Virus record (IMG/VR): IMGVR_UViG_3300043395_003277
Location: 1-64,000 of that record
Reading direction: 5' to 3' (one strand)
Length of the DNA stretch: 64,000 nucleotides
DNA from: a virus
Below the pieces are notes generated by a model that was given only the letters and a program-made list of their open reading frames with translations, made no database searches and was not told the origin of the DNA. The translations under genes were made by a program, and so were the position numbers. The first letter of the stretch is position 1; each line of letters opens with the position of its first letter. Of this stretch, positions 8,295 to 17,267 are shown one piece after another.

Positions 8295-8609
8295 ATGCCT
8301 TACACCAAGGAACAATTGCAGCATCCACCAAGTTTACGTCTTACCGTAAACCAACGGAACATTTACATGTATTACTTGAACTTCCGTGCGAAACACGGAG
8401 ATCAAACATGTTATGTACCACCAATGCCAATGCAATCCAGTCGCCTGAAGGAATATTTCCGTGCGTTGGAAGCATTGGAGGAGAAGAAGTTGTTATCTGT
8501 GGATCGAAGCAATGTTCCTTACACCAAGTGGATCCTGAAAGATCCAGGGCAAGTATTGGATAGCACACAGAATGTGCCAATACATGCCAATACTTCAACA
8601 ACAACTTGA
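8295..8609 (+). CDS. putative winged-helix DNA-binding protein
   Basis: LTVNQRNIY.Y...ALEALEEKKLL pattern resembles LexA/MarR-type wHTH. Confidence 0.4.
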   Translation: MPYTKEQLQHPPSLRLTVNQRNIYMYYLNFRAKHGDQTCYVPPMPMQSSRLKEYFRALEALEEKKLLSVDRSNVPYTKWILKDPGQVLDSTQNVPIHANTSTTT

Positions 8610-8698
8610 CGATAGCGTTATATCGTTATATCCCTTGAGGTATTGTCGGATAACTACTGACCTGCCAAAACAACACACACTCAACTCAACACAAATCC

Positions 8699-8965
8699 AT
8701 GGCAACAAACTACGTCAACGAGTACACAGTACTCAACAACATCCTTGCTGAACTCAAGGAGGTTACCAAGCGTGAGAACAAGCGTCATCAAATGGATCAA
8801 CATCTAACCTTCAGCATGCTTGCATTGCTGGAAGATGAGATCATTCCTCTACTTGAGAATGAACTTGATGTTGATTACGAACCAGATGAAACAGGTGAAC
8901 CACCCATGACTGCTGATGAAATGCACAGCGCAGCTTGGAAACAACACCAAGAATTACATCGATGA
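8699..8965 (+). CDS. hypothetical protein
   Basis: 88 aa, TCAACTCAAC leader, GEPP motif. Confidence 0.7.
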   Translation: MATNYVNEYTVLNNILAELKEVTKRENKRHQMDQHLTFSMLALLEDEIIPLLENELDVDYEPDETGEPPMTADEMHSAAWKQHQELHR

Positions 8966-9220
8966 GTCGATGCAAATTTATTAATACAGCACTACGTGCA
9001 TGGCGTCAGCACCAAGAGCTTCACTCATAACGTGAGTGGTACTACTCCAGATCTGAGTAGAAGAATCACCCCCTGCACCCCCGCAAAAGTACCAGGGGGA
9101 CATCTATATTTCTATTAATAATCCTTATGTATTACTTTTATTAATACATCATTCAACCCTTTACACACCTGGTAGACTTCACCTACTTAACAAAGTACCA
9201 ACCTTCAATTCACTTCAATC

Positions 9221-9424
9221 ATGTCTGACAACATCCGTATTCCTGATTCAACTGACATGCGACGACTAGCAGCAATGCGTCTCGTTGCACAAATGAAAGA
9301 ATCAGCTGATCGAAATGGAGTTGGATTCATCGGGGGCAATAAAGCCCCCGATGGACAAAAATTTGTAATGACAAATATGGAAGATGAGGACATGCAATGT
9401 ATGCTTCCGGAGGAACTTCAGTAA
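9221..9424 (+). CDS. hypothetical protein
   Basis: 67 aa, stop overlaps next start. Confidence 0.65.
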   Translation: MSDNIRIPDSTDMRRLAAMRLVAQMKESADRNGVGFIGGNKAPDGQKFVMTNMEDEDMQCMLPEELQ

Positions 9425-9762
9425 TGACTAATCAACATCCAATCACTCCACCACCGGAGCTGGTGAAGCAGTGGATAGAAAATTGGTATCGCAGCAAAGT
9501 TAAGCACACCGAAATCTATTCTTTCCTCGCCGCCTGTGGCGCTCAATGGGGCGCCGACCAGGAGCTGGAGGCGTGCTGTCATGAAGTCCAGAACATGTAT
9601 AGCGGTGGCAGCAGACTCCGCGCCGCCCGCCGCCCCAAGCCACCGAGCTTGAAGGAGCAGGCGCTGGAAGAGTTGAATCTCACTGCAGATCCAAATGGTG
9701 CAGAATTGTCCCGAACTCAAGTTGACCTTATCCGCCGCGCACTGGAGTCAATCAATGACTAA
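9424..9762 (+). CDS. GADQELEACC/RRPKPPSLKEQA family protein, paralog 1
   Basis: shares two conserved blocks with 9755-10093 and 17260-17628. Confidence 0.75.
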   Translation: MTNQHPITPPPELVKQWIENWYRSKVKHTEIYSFLAACGAQWGADQELEACCHEVQNMYSGGSRLRAARRPKPPSLKEQALEELNLTADPNGAELSRTQVDLIRRALESIND

Positions 9763-10093
9763 TCAACAACACCCGATCACCCCGCCGTATGAGCTGATTG
9801 AAGAGTGGATCGAACAGTTCAAAGGAGATCATCCTATCTACATTGCCACACAGGCAGCTCAATGGGGCGCAGACCAAGAGCTGGAGGCGTGCTGTGAGTG
9901 GTTTCAAGAGTTTTACAAAACTGAGTCGTGGGTCAAGCATGACTTAAAACACTTCCGCAACGCCAGGCGCCCCAAACCGCCGAGCTTAAAGCAGCAGGCG
10001 CTGATGGCAATTGACACCGCTGTTGCTGATAATCGCTTATCAGCAGATGTTGCCAACGTTGTCCGCCAAGCACTGGAGCAAATTAATGACTGA
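9755..10093 (+). CDS. GADQELEACC family protein, paralog 2
   Basis: tandem paralog of the preceding gene. Confidence 0.75.
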   Translation: MTNQQHPITPPYELIEEWIEQFKGDHPIYIATQAAQWGADQELEACCEWFQEFYKTESWVKHDLKHFRNARRPKPPSLKQQALMAIDTAVADNRLSADVANVVRQALEQIND

Positions 10094-10283
10094 CAAATCA
10101 CCAATCAATTTCGACAAGACAATTGCAGGATTTAACATCACTGAACATGGTGTTAAGTCCTACACTAAATCGGTTCAGCTAGGGCCTATCCAGTTTACGG
10201 TCAATGCCCGTAAGTCTGGATTGCTTGGATCAATTAGTATTCCAGGCACTGGCATTAGCAAACGAAACATTAAATTATTCTAA
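10086..10283 (+). CDS. DUF4236-like small protein
   Basis: KSVQLGP...SIPGTGISKR pattern. Confidence 0.5.
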   Translation: MTDKSPINFDKTIAGFNITEHGVKSYTKSVQLGPIQFTVNARKSGLLGSISIPGTGISKRNIKLF

Positions 10284-10323
10284 AGATCTGAGCATCAACA
10301 ACTGTTGTGTAAGTCCCAGATCT
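10284..10323 (+). ncRNA. TAAGTCC internal-loop hairpin element B, copy 1
   Basis: AGATCTG-AG-[CATCAAC AACT GTTGTG]-TAAGTCC-CAGATCT directly after a stop codon. Confidence 0.5.
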
Positions 10324-10345
10324 ATCAACTCAACTCAACTTAACC

Positions 10346-10546
10346 ATGTACGAAACCACACTGTCACTATTTGATCGTGTCAATATTGCAAGCTGTGCAG
10401 CTGAACGTGCACGCAACAATTTGATGAACGATGATCGATTCACTGGCGAGTACCAGACTGTCAAGTGCTGGACCAACTACCGATGCTATATCGGCAAACG
10501 TATCAACGGTGAACAGTTCCATTATGTGGAACCTAATGGTATTTGA
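10346..10546 (+). CDS. hypothetical protein
   Basis: 66 aa, (TCAAC)3 leader. Confidence 0.7.
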   Translation: MYETTLSLFDRVNIASCAAERARNNLMNDDRFTGEYQTVKCWTNYRCYIGKRINGEQFHYVEPNGI

Positions 10547-10565
10547 TCTGACCTAACTTAACACC

Positions 10566-10835
10566 ATGACTACAACACATTGCTCAGTTCTCGCAATCGA
10601 GGACACTTTCATCCAAGGAAACAATGTCACAGTTACTGCAGTTGTTGAAGACATGCGCCTGCTTTATCGGGCGTCATATCGAGACCCTGAAGAATGGGCT
10701 CCTGCACTGTGCACAGCAAGTTTCGAATTGGATGACGATGAACAAATCCCTACTGATGAAGATGGCTTCTGCTGTTATCTGCATCACCGGGATTTGGAAT
10801 GGCAACTTGTCGACGTAAGTGATTACGACGACTGA
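10566..10835 (+). CDS. acidic hypothetical protein
   Basis: 89 aa ORF. Confidence 0.7.
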   Translation: MTTTHCSVLAIEDTFIQGNNVTVTAVVEDMRLLYRASYRDPEEWAPALCTASFELDDDEQIPTDEDGFCCYLHHRDLEWQLVDVSDYDD

Positions 10836-10844
10836 TTAGTTGCA

Positions 10845-10871
10845 CGTCCTGAGCATGACGCTAAACTGCTC
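10845..10871 (+). ncRNA. mini-pseudoknot element, copy 3
   Basis: CGTC-CT-GAGCA-T-GACG-CTAAAC-TGCTC. Confidence 0.75.
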
Positions 10872-10909
10872 ACACCACACTACGAACTTAACTCCGAACC
10901 AACCATGCA

Positions 10910-11452
10910 ATGAAACCAAATCCACTTCCACCTCTTGATTATTTGCAACAGATGTTTTATTTAGATGCAACATCTCCGAGTGGTTTGCGCTGGCGTAAAG
11001 CGCCAAGCGCTTGGACCAAAGTAAATTCTGTTGCTGGTATTCAACGCACCAAAGATCATTACTGGCGTGTTCGTTGGAAGTACCAAGGTAAAGCAATGGA
11101 TTATATGGCTCATCGCATTGTATATGCACTGCAACATGGCCTCGATCCAGGGAATATGTTTGTAGATCATATGCACAATGATAAAGACAACAACAAGCCA
11201 TTGCGATTAGCTACTAAATTGCAAAACTCACACAATCGTAATGGTCGCAAAAATACAAGCAGCATTTACAAAGGTGTTTGTTTAATTAAAGCGACTGGTC
11301 GATGGCGTGCATGCATTCGTATTGATAAACAATTCAAACACATTGGTGTGTACGCCACGCAAGAAGAAGCGGCTTTGGCTTACAACGAGGCCGCTTTGCT
11401 ACATTTTGGTGAGTTTGCTCGCCTCAATCAAATCAACTCAACCCAAAACTAA
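10910..11452 (+). CDS. HNH homing endonuclease with AP2 domain
   Basis: AHRIVY...VDH..N..DN...LR; C-terminal YKGV...WRACI...HIGVY.T.EEAALAYN. Confidence 0.9.
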   Translation: MKPNPLPPLDYLQQMFYLDATSPSGLRWRKAPSAWTKVNSVAGIQRTKDHYWRVRWKYQGKAMDYMAHRIVYALQHGLDPGNMFVDHMHNDKDNNKPLRLATKLQNSHNRNGRKNTSSIYKGVCLIKATGRWRACIRIDKQFKHIGVYATQEEAALAYNEAALLHFGEFARLNQINSTQN

Positions 11453-11454
11453 TC

Positions 11455-13191
11455 ATGCAATTCGCTCTTTCCTCCAACCTGCAAACTGAACTGCTTGCTT
11501 ATGACCCCAAGCTCAAGGCATTGGTAGCAGAGCAGACCAAGCTCAACAAGAAGCCTGGTGCTAAGCCCAAGTATCCACTTGGTAACATCAATGACTTGAT
11601 CCCAGCTGATGTTGTTGCACCTTCACTGCAGCAACAAGCGATTGATCACATCAACTCTCAGCTGGCACCAGAGCGTCATCAAATCTTTACACACATCAAA
11701 GGTCAAGACATCAAAGTCAGTGCAATCATCTATCACTTTGAGCAATGCTGGGTAGCAGCATGGCTGCCGCCCAAAGGTAAGGAATCTGAGTATGTCTACG
11801 GTTATACCGTGGCATACAAGAATACTACCAGCGCACTCAAAGTTGTTACACATAAGATTGCACGTCAACGAGAGCAATATCAGCTCAAGAACTATGGACG
11901 GTCCGAAGTTTATTACTACCAGAAACTTGTAACCATCAAAGACATTCAAGATGGTTTAGATACATCTGAATGGCGACTACCTGGTATTACAAATTACGGT
12001 GCTAAGCCCAGGTTTATTAGTGCAACTATTGCCAGATTTGAACAAGAGCTGCGCACAACACTTCCCACATGGGAAGACTCACGCACCAGTATGTTCGACC
12101 GCATCAAATGCAAATGCATTGGCGAAGTTGTACTAGAAACCCAACAAGTGTACAAGCGTCATCTGGAGACAACGAATAAGTTACAGACATGGCAACCATC
12201 AGCTGCAACGTATCTTGAGATGACAGAACATTATGTTAACCAAGATAGAGGATTGTATTCACAGTACAAATATAGCAATCGAATCAAACATATTATTGAT
12301 ACACCATACTTCCGCAAGTGGATTCAAGCACAATGTGATCTATCATCTGCCGCATATAACTCGGCTGATAACCAACAGCGTGGCACTATAACGCAACCGT
12401 GGCGACGCATTGGTTTATTGTTCAATGCAATCAATTCTATTCATTACATTTGGCCTGATACACCAATCGATTACTTCCAGAACAACATTGATACCATGCT
12501 CACCATGGAAATGGATCGAGCAGGGATGCACATCAGTGTTGTTTACTGGTTGCGTCAACACATGCCTGTAGCTTCTTACTTTGCCATTGCACGTAAAGCA
12601 ATGGAAGAGAAGCTGCAAAATGATTCATCACATTATATGAATATTGAATATGGCATTAAGCGTTATAACTGCTACGAATGGAATGACACCATCTCCATGC
12701 TCAGCCGTATTGCTGCAGAAAGTGAAAACGAAACGCTAACTCTTGCACCGCCACGTCGTTGGCGCATCACTGAGTTCCATGATTATGTACAAGCAGAAAC
12801 ATGGAAGATTCGTAATAAGAACGAATCACTGCCTCAAGACTTGTTCCCTGAACCCATCAAGATTCATTATAACGACAAAGCATGGTCATTGTTCCAGCCA
12901 CTCGACACTCATCAGCTAGCAGCCTGGGGTCAGGCCGTACGTAACTGCGTCGGCTCTGCCAACAGCTACGCTGAAGGCGTCCGCAAGAAGCAACACTTCA
13001 TTGTTTTGTGTCTGCTGGATGGCAAGCCGCACTTCACCATTCAACTACGTGTTGAGCATGGTGTGATGTCTGTTGACCAAATCAAGGGCTATGCCAATTC
13101 CAGCCTCAACGACAGGGATCGTGAAGAATACACAGCTGTATTCAAGGAAGCATTGCGCATCCGTGATGAGCAGCTAAGCTCTAAGAGCTGA
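11455..13191 (+). CDS. PcfJ-like domain protein
   Basis: C-terminal FHD...L..WGQAVRNCVG...Y...FTIQL...QIKGYAN signature. Confidence 0.75.
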   Translation: MQFALSSNLQTELLAYDPKLKALVAEQTKLNKKPGAKPKYPLGNINDLIPADVVAPSLQQQAIDHINSQLAPERHQIFTHIKGQDIKVSAIIYHFEQCWVAAWLPPKGKESEYVYGYTVAYKNTTSALKVVTHKIARQREQYQLKNYGRSEVYYYQKLVTIKDIQDGLDTSEWRLPGITNYGAKPRFISATIARFEQELRTTLPTWEDSRTSMFDRIKCKCIGEVVLETQQVYKRHLETTNKLQTWQPSAATYLEMTEHYVNQDRGLYSQYKYSNRIKHIIDTPYFRKWIQAQCDLSSAAYNSADNQQRGTITQPWRRIGLLFNAINSIHYIWPDTPIDYFQNNIDTMLTMEMDRAGMHISVVYWLRQHMPVASYFAIARKAMEEKLQNDSSHYMNIEYGIKRYNCYEWNDTISMLSRIAAESENETLTLAPPRRWRITEFHDYVQAETWKIRNKNESLPQDLFPEPIKIHYNDKAWSLFQPLDTHQLAAWGQAVRNCVGSANSYAEGVRKKQHFIVLCLLDGKPHFTIQLRVEHGVMSVDQIKGYANSSLNDRDREEYTAVFKEALRIRDEQLSSKS

Positions 13192-13203
13192 AGCCACAGC
13201 AAG

Positions 13204-13241
13204 GGAAGGAGGCTGTCCTTGTTTTAGCCTTCTTCCTTTTT
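13204..13241 (+). terminator. intrinsic terminator
   Basis: GGAAGGAGGCT/AGCCTTCTTCC stem then T-tract. Confidence 0.75.
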
Positions 13242-13252
13242 ATTTTATTAAA

Positions 13253-13795
13253 ATGCGAAAACCACTTCCTCTTCCGGATTTAGAATTTTTAAATACTATT
13301 TTAAAGATTGATCCAACAAGTCCTTCTGGTCTTAGATGGAAAACAAATAGAAGAACTCATATTAAACCAGGAGATATTGCTGGTACTAATGATGGCAAAA
13401 AAGGTTGGTATGTCTATATAACTTTTAATTCGAATAGTAAACGTTATAAAACACATAGAATTGTGTATTTTATGGTAACTAAAACTGATCCAGGAGAATA
13501 CGATGTTGATCACATTGATGGAAATACCAGTAATAATCATATTGATAATTTAAGATTGGCTACGCGTTCTCAAAACTCAAGTAATAGGAACAAAGGCAAG
13601 AATAATTCATCTGGATTTAAAGGCGTCTATCAATTTAGGAATTCTTCAAAATGGTTTGCGCAAATTATGTGTAATTACAAAACAATTTATTTAGGAACTT
13701 TTACAACAAAAGAAGAAGCCGTAAATGCTTATAATGAGGCTTCAATTAGATTACATAAAGAGTTTAGTCGTCATAAAAAGAATTATGACAAATGA
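13253..13795 (+). CDS. HNH homing endonuclease with AP2 domain
   Basis: THRIVY...VDHIDGNTSNNHIDNLR; SGFKGV...W.AQI...YLGTF; visibly AT-richer than flanks. Confidence 0.92.
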   Translation: MRKPLPLPDLEFLNTILKIDPTSPSGLRWKTNRRTHIKPGDIAGTNDGKKGWYVYITFNSNSKRYKTHRIVYFMVTKTDPGEYDVDHIDGNTSNNHIDNLRLATRSQNSSNRNKGKNNSSGFKGVYQFRNSSKWFAQIMCNYKTIYLGTFTTKEEAVNAYNEASIRLHKEFSRHKKNYDK

Positions 13796-14024
13796 GTTGT
13801 CAGCTAAAAGTTTTAGTTACACTGATGAACAACTGCTTGCCATGGCAATGGCAAACATTGGTGAATACATCCATGACAATTCACCGCAGTACATTCTAAT
13901 AGAAGATGATCCTCGTAATGAGGATGATTACGATACATGGGAGGTAGGAATGGAACCTATACCAGGTGATCAAACCTGGAAGTCAACTGCTATTGATGTT
14001 GAATCATCTGAAGTCAATGACTGA
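13785..14024 (+). CDS. acidic hypothetical protein
   Basis: ATG at 13785. Confidence 0.6.
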   Translation: MTNELSAKSFSYTDEQLLAMAMANIGEYIHDNSPQYILIEDDPRNEDDYDTWEVGMEPIPGDQTWKSTAIDVESSEVND

Positions 14025-14457
14025 ATTCAAACCAATCCCATCTTGTCCTGGCTATCAAGTATCTGCTTGTGGCCAAATTAAAGGACCTAAGAAATTATTA
14101 AAGCTTTATCAAAACAAGAATGGTTATTTAATGTTTAAACCAGGTCGCAATAAATCTTCATACTATGTGCATAAAGCTGTAGCAGAAACTTGGAATATTA
14201 AAGGATCTGGTTCCTGGATCAATCACATTGATCATAACAAAACCAACAATCAAGTTTTTAATCTTGAGTGGTGTACAGCTAAACACAATCATGATGAGTG
14301 TGTAAAGTTTTTAGGTAAACATCCATCCCAAAAACTTACACCTGAAGACTATGAACTTGTATTTCAAATGTATACAGAAGGTTTTAGTCAACGTGATATA
14401 GCCAATTCAATTGGTTGTACCCAGACTCACGTTTGGCGTATATTAAAACAGTTTTAG
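14017..14457 (+). CDS. NUMOD4-type HNH endonuclease with C-terminal HTH
   Basis: PGYQVS..GQI; VHKAVA...INHIDHNKTNNQVFNLEW; SQRDIANSIGCTQTHV. Confidence 0.88.
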   Translation: MTEFKPIPSCPGYQVSACGQIKGPKKLLKLYQNKNGYLMFKPGRNKSSYYVHKAVAETWNIKGSGSWINHIDHNKTNNQVFNLEWCTAKHNHDECVKFLGKHPSQKLTPEDYELVFQMYTEGFSQRDIANSIGCTQTHVWRILKQF

Positions 14458-14481
14458 CACTGAGCCATTACCCCATGACCA

Positions 14482-14525
14482 CACTTGGCGTCGCACATCA
14501 GTTGATGTGAGTATAAGTCCAAGTG
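14482..14525 (+). ncRNA. TAAGTCC internal-loop hairpin element B, copy 2
   Basis: CACTT-GG-CGTCG-[CACATC AGTT GATGTG]-AGTA-TAAGTCC-AAGTG, ending 1 nt before tRNA-Leu. Confidence 0.45.
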
Positions 14526-14526
14526 A

Positions 14527-14602
14527 GCCCGAGTAGCCCAGCGGAAGAGGCAAGCGACTTAAAATCGCTCCAGCGTGAGTTCGAATCTCACCTCGGGTAC
14601 CA
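14527..14602 (+). tRNA. trnL: tRNA-Leu(TAA) with short variable loop and encoded CCA
   Basis: acceptor GCCCGAG/CTCGGGT, anticodon arm AGCGA-CTTAAAA-TCGCT, T arm GTGAG-TTCGAAT-CTCAC, ACCA end. Confidence 0.92.
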
Positions 14603-14625
14603 ACCTACACATTCAACTCAACACC

Positions 14626-14988
14626 ATGTCTATCTTCTCCTGCTTCAAACACATCATTCCTGAGTTCCATGCATACTCAGATGATGAGCAGCGCTACAAC
14701 CTTGGCGCCACATGGACGGCACCTGACGGTCTTCGTGATTATCATAACGTTGAGCTGCGGTACGTCCATAACTCAGAGCGCCTTGCTCTCCAGGGGGACC
14801 CGCAACCCGATGGCACATGGCGCTATGTAGAACCAAACGGTAACGTCCACACCATATCAGCGGAACGCGCTAAGCAATTCATGGAACAAACCCAGTCCCA
14901 TGCGACCATCATGATGGCCATGCTTGGCAAGTTACAAGATGCTGGCGTCTTGGATGCTGCTGTGGACACCACTGCTCAACCCGCCTAG
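14626..14988 (+). CDS. hypothetical protein
   Basis: ATG at 14626 after TTCAACTCAACACC leader. Confidence 0.75.
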   Translation: MSIFSCFKHIIPEFHAYSDDEQRYNLGATWTAPDGLRDYHNVELRYVHNSERLALQGDPQPDGTWRYVEPNGNVHTISAERAKQFMEQTQSHATIMMAMLGKLQDAGVLDAAVDTTAQPA

Positions 14989-15007
14989 TCTTAGTGCGCT
15001 AACACCC

Positions 15008-15034
15008 AGCCCCGGCTTTTGCTGGGGCTTTATT
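15008..15034 (+). terminator. intrinsic terminator-like hairpin
   Basis: AGCCCCGGC-TTTT-GCTGGGGCT-TTATT. Confidence 0.65.
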
Positions 15035-15035
15035 C

Positions 15036-15371
15036 ATGCCTGAACCAATTGATTTAAATCTTATTGATCAAATCATTAGTCACATCCCACACTGGACGTG
15101 GCCTGTTGTTAAAGATGAGCTCATTGAAATCATTGTCGATTCAATGACATCTGATATCCTTGAACGCTTAACAGGTTCACCAACTGATTTTGATAAGGCA
15201 GAACAAATACTGCATTGTCATTACATCATGCCTGGCATGGAACGTGACTTGCTTATTGATTCTACAAAAATCCTTGGTATAGATTGCGTTGTCTATACTT
15301 TGGATTCCTTGAAGCTTGATACCCTTGAACAATCTACTGATACAACACCTTATTCAGTTAATCCTGATTAA
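15036..15371 (+). CDS. hypothetical protein
   Basis: 111-aa ORF coupled to next gene. Confidence 0.7.
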   Translation: MPEPIDLNLIDQIISHIPHWTWPVVKDELIEIIVDSMTSDILERLTGSPTDFDKAEQILHCHYIMPGMERDLLIDSTKILGIDCVVYTLDSLKLDTLEQSTDTTPYSVNPD

Positions 15372-15736
15372 TGGCCTTTCCAAGGGTTATTCTTCCTGAT
15401 TGTCCTGCTTGTAAACAACCTGGTCTACGTGTTATCGAAAGTCGCAAGACTGGTTTATCAACACGTAGACGTAAAGGTTGTGAATGTTGTGGACACCGCT
15501 TTACAACACATGAAGTGTCTGCTGACTTCTTTGAACAAGCCAAACAAAACCAATGGCTTGTCGAACAATTGCAGTCATTACTTGGTAACTCATCTGCAAC
15601 AACTCAGCTACCACCAATAGTCACAGCAGAATCCAAGTGTTCTGACTGCGTTCACAATCAAAACGATCTATGTGTATTTGGGTTTCCTGAATACGACACT
15701 GACGAATCATTCGATTGCAATCACTTCGAATCATGA
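15371..15736 (+). CDS. NrdR-like zinc-ribbon protein lacking the ATP cone
   Basis: CPAC....RVIESR.....RRRKGCECCGHRFTTHE matches NrdR N-terminus; second Cys cluster at C-terminus. Confidence 0.7.
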   Translation: MAFPRVILPDCPACKQPGLRVIESRKTGLSTRRRKGCECCGHRFTTHEVSADFFEQAKQNQWLVEQLQSLLGNSSATTQLPPIVTAESKCSDCVHNQNDLCVFGFPEYDTDESFDCNHFES

Positions 15737-16032
15737 CCAAACCTCAACGTAAATTCGCTATTGGTGATCGTGTTGCTGAACGTCCCAAGCATCATGGTTT
15801 ATTTGCTGTACGCAAAGAAGTACAGGATGCTATTGCTAAATACAGATCTCAACGCTATGGAACAATTGTTAATATCAAATACAAAGCAGATGCCAGTGGC
15901 CGTAAGCGTTCCTTCCTGGTGATCCAGTGGGACCATTTGACAACGCCTTGTGAACATTCACAGATGCGTATCTGTCATATGGATGATTTTGAACGTATCA
16001 TGAACGAATCCTGCGCTGCCATTGGTGAATGA
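15733..16032 (+). CDS. hypothetical protein (SH3-like FxIGDRV start)
   Basis: ATGA overlap; KFAIGDRV...GTI...IQWD pattern. Confidence 0.6.
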   Translation: MTKPQRKFAIGDRVAERPKHHGLFAVRKEVQDAIAKYRSQRYGTIVNIKYKADASGRKRSFLVIQWDHLTTPCEHSQMRICHMDDFERIMNESCAAIGE

Positions 16033-16033
16033 T

Positions 16034-16678
16034 ATGACTGTTGATTTAATTTGGGCTACACCCAATGCAGAAGAATTAATTACCAAAATGGCACGGGTCA
16101 GTGCTCCAAAGAATCAAGACAATATGGAGACAGCACCACGCCTGCTCCGTTACTTGATTGAGCACTGCCACTTCTCTCCTTATGAGATGGCAAACATGTG
16201 TGTTGAAATCAACACAACACGTGCTATATCAGCACAGATCATTCGCCATCGTTCATTCAGTTTCCAGGAATTCAGTCAGCGCTACGCTGATGTCAACGAG
16301 CTGGGCTCTGCTGTTATCCCACACCTGCGTCGTCAAGACGTAAAGAACAGACAGAACAGTATCGATGACTTTCACCCAGAGGAGATCGGTAGTTTCTACC
16401 GCCGCATCAGTCAACTCTTTGAAGACTCGGAACATCTCTATCGCGAGATGGTCAGTCATGGTATCGCAAAAGAGTGCGCCAGGAACATCCTGCCGATGAG
16501 CACCCAGACTAAGATCTATATGAACGGTTCACTCCGTTCGTGGATTCATTACCTACAACTTCGTTGTGACCCAAGTACACAAATCGAACACAGACACATC
16601 GCAGAAGAAATCAAACGAATCTTCTGCCAACAATTCCCAGTCATTGCAGAAGCCGCCTTCCAATCAGAAGGCGGCTGA
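16034..16678 (+). CDS. thyX: flavin-dependent thymidylate synthase
   Basis: H.SPYE; QIIRHRSFSFQEFSQRY (RHRX7S); KECARNILP; TQIEHR. Confidence 0.97.
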   Translation: MTVDLIWATPNAEELITKMARVSAPKNQDNMETAPRLLRYLIEHCHFSPYEMANMCVEINTTRAISAQIIRHRSFSFQEFSQRYADVNELGSAVIPHLRRQDVKNRQNSIDDFHPEEIGSFYRRISQLFEDSEHLYREMVSHGIAKECARNILPMSTQTKIYMNGSLRSWIHYLQLRCDPSTQIEHRHIAEEIKRIFCQQFPVIAEAAFQSEGG

Positions 16679-16685
16679 TCAAACG

Positions 16686-16805
16686 TCAGACCAGCAATTC
16701 AGTCGGTTGTTTTTTTAATTCCTTGACAGCACGTTTGGACTCCACATCCTGACGTGTTTTCTTTTTCTTCTGGTTAACCAGATAAACAATCAATGCTTGA
16801 TTCAT
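16686..16805 (-). CDS. 39-aa basic peptide (not in ORF track)
   Basis: MNQALIVYLVNQKKKKTRQDVESKRAVKELKKQPTELLV; ATGA-coupled to the DUF4278 gene with GGAGG upstream. Confidence 0.6.
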   Translation of the reverse strand: MNQALIVYLVNQKKKKTRQDVESKRAVKELKKQPTELLV

Positions 16806-16954
16806 TTGATTTGACCTCCAGTGACCGATGGATCGTAGCAGATGTTACGGTATTTCAGCCGTAACCATGGGCGGTGGGCTAAGTTCCACCAGTCCCTGTC
16901 CTTTTTGACCTGCTCGTCTTTATCGTATTTGCAACCACGGTACGTTAATTGCAT
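16802..16954 (-). CDS. DUF4278-family small protein (not in ORF track)
   Basis: MQLTYRGCKY...LRLKYRNICY, the twin L.YRG..Y motif of cyanobacterial DUF4278. Confidence 0.75.
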   Translation of the reverse strand: MQLTYRGCKYDKDEQVKKDRDWWNLAHRPWLRLKYRNICYDPSVTGGQIK

Positions 16955-16962
16955 AGCATTCT

Positions 16963-16986
16963 GTATCTATTGATACGGAAAGTATA
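16963..16986 (-). promoter_or_regulatory. NtcA box overlapping the predicted start site of a -10 promoter
   Basis: GTA-TCTATTGA-TAC (GTA-N8-TAC) at 16963-16976; minus-strand TATACT at 16986-16981. Confidence 0.65.
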
Positions 16987-17027
16987 TGTCAATTGATGTA
17001 TTTAATGTCGTTCATTGTGTAACACAA

Positions 17028-17267
17028 ATGACTCCAATTGAATACAAACGCAATTCCAGGTTTGACTACCTAACGCAGTATGACCATCTTGCTAAGTCAG
17101 AAGACTTTGTTGAAGTGACCGAATGGCACAATGGTGAAGGTTTTGATGTGCACCTGAGTACCAGTGCAGGAGAACAGCGTATGTCATTCAGCTGGGGTGA
17201 ATATGCTGCACTGAAGACGATACTTGGCAACTGGACTGATGACAATTTGGAGGTGAAGAATGACTAA
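17028..17267 (+). CDS. hypothetical cyanophage protein
   Basis: DFVEVTEWHNGEGFDV motif. Confidence 0.7.
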   Translation: MTPIEYKRNSRFDYLTQYDHLAKSEDFVEVTEWHNGEGFDVHLSTSAGEQRMSFSWGEYAALKTILGNWTDDNLEVKND

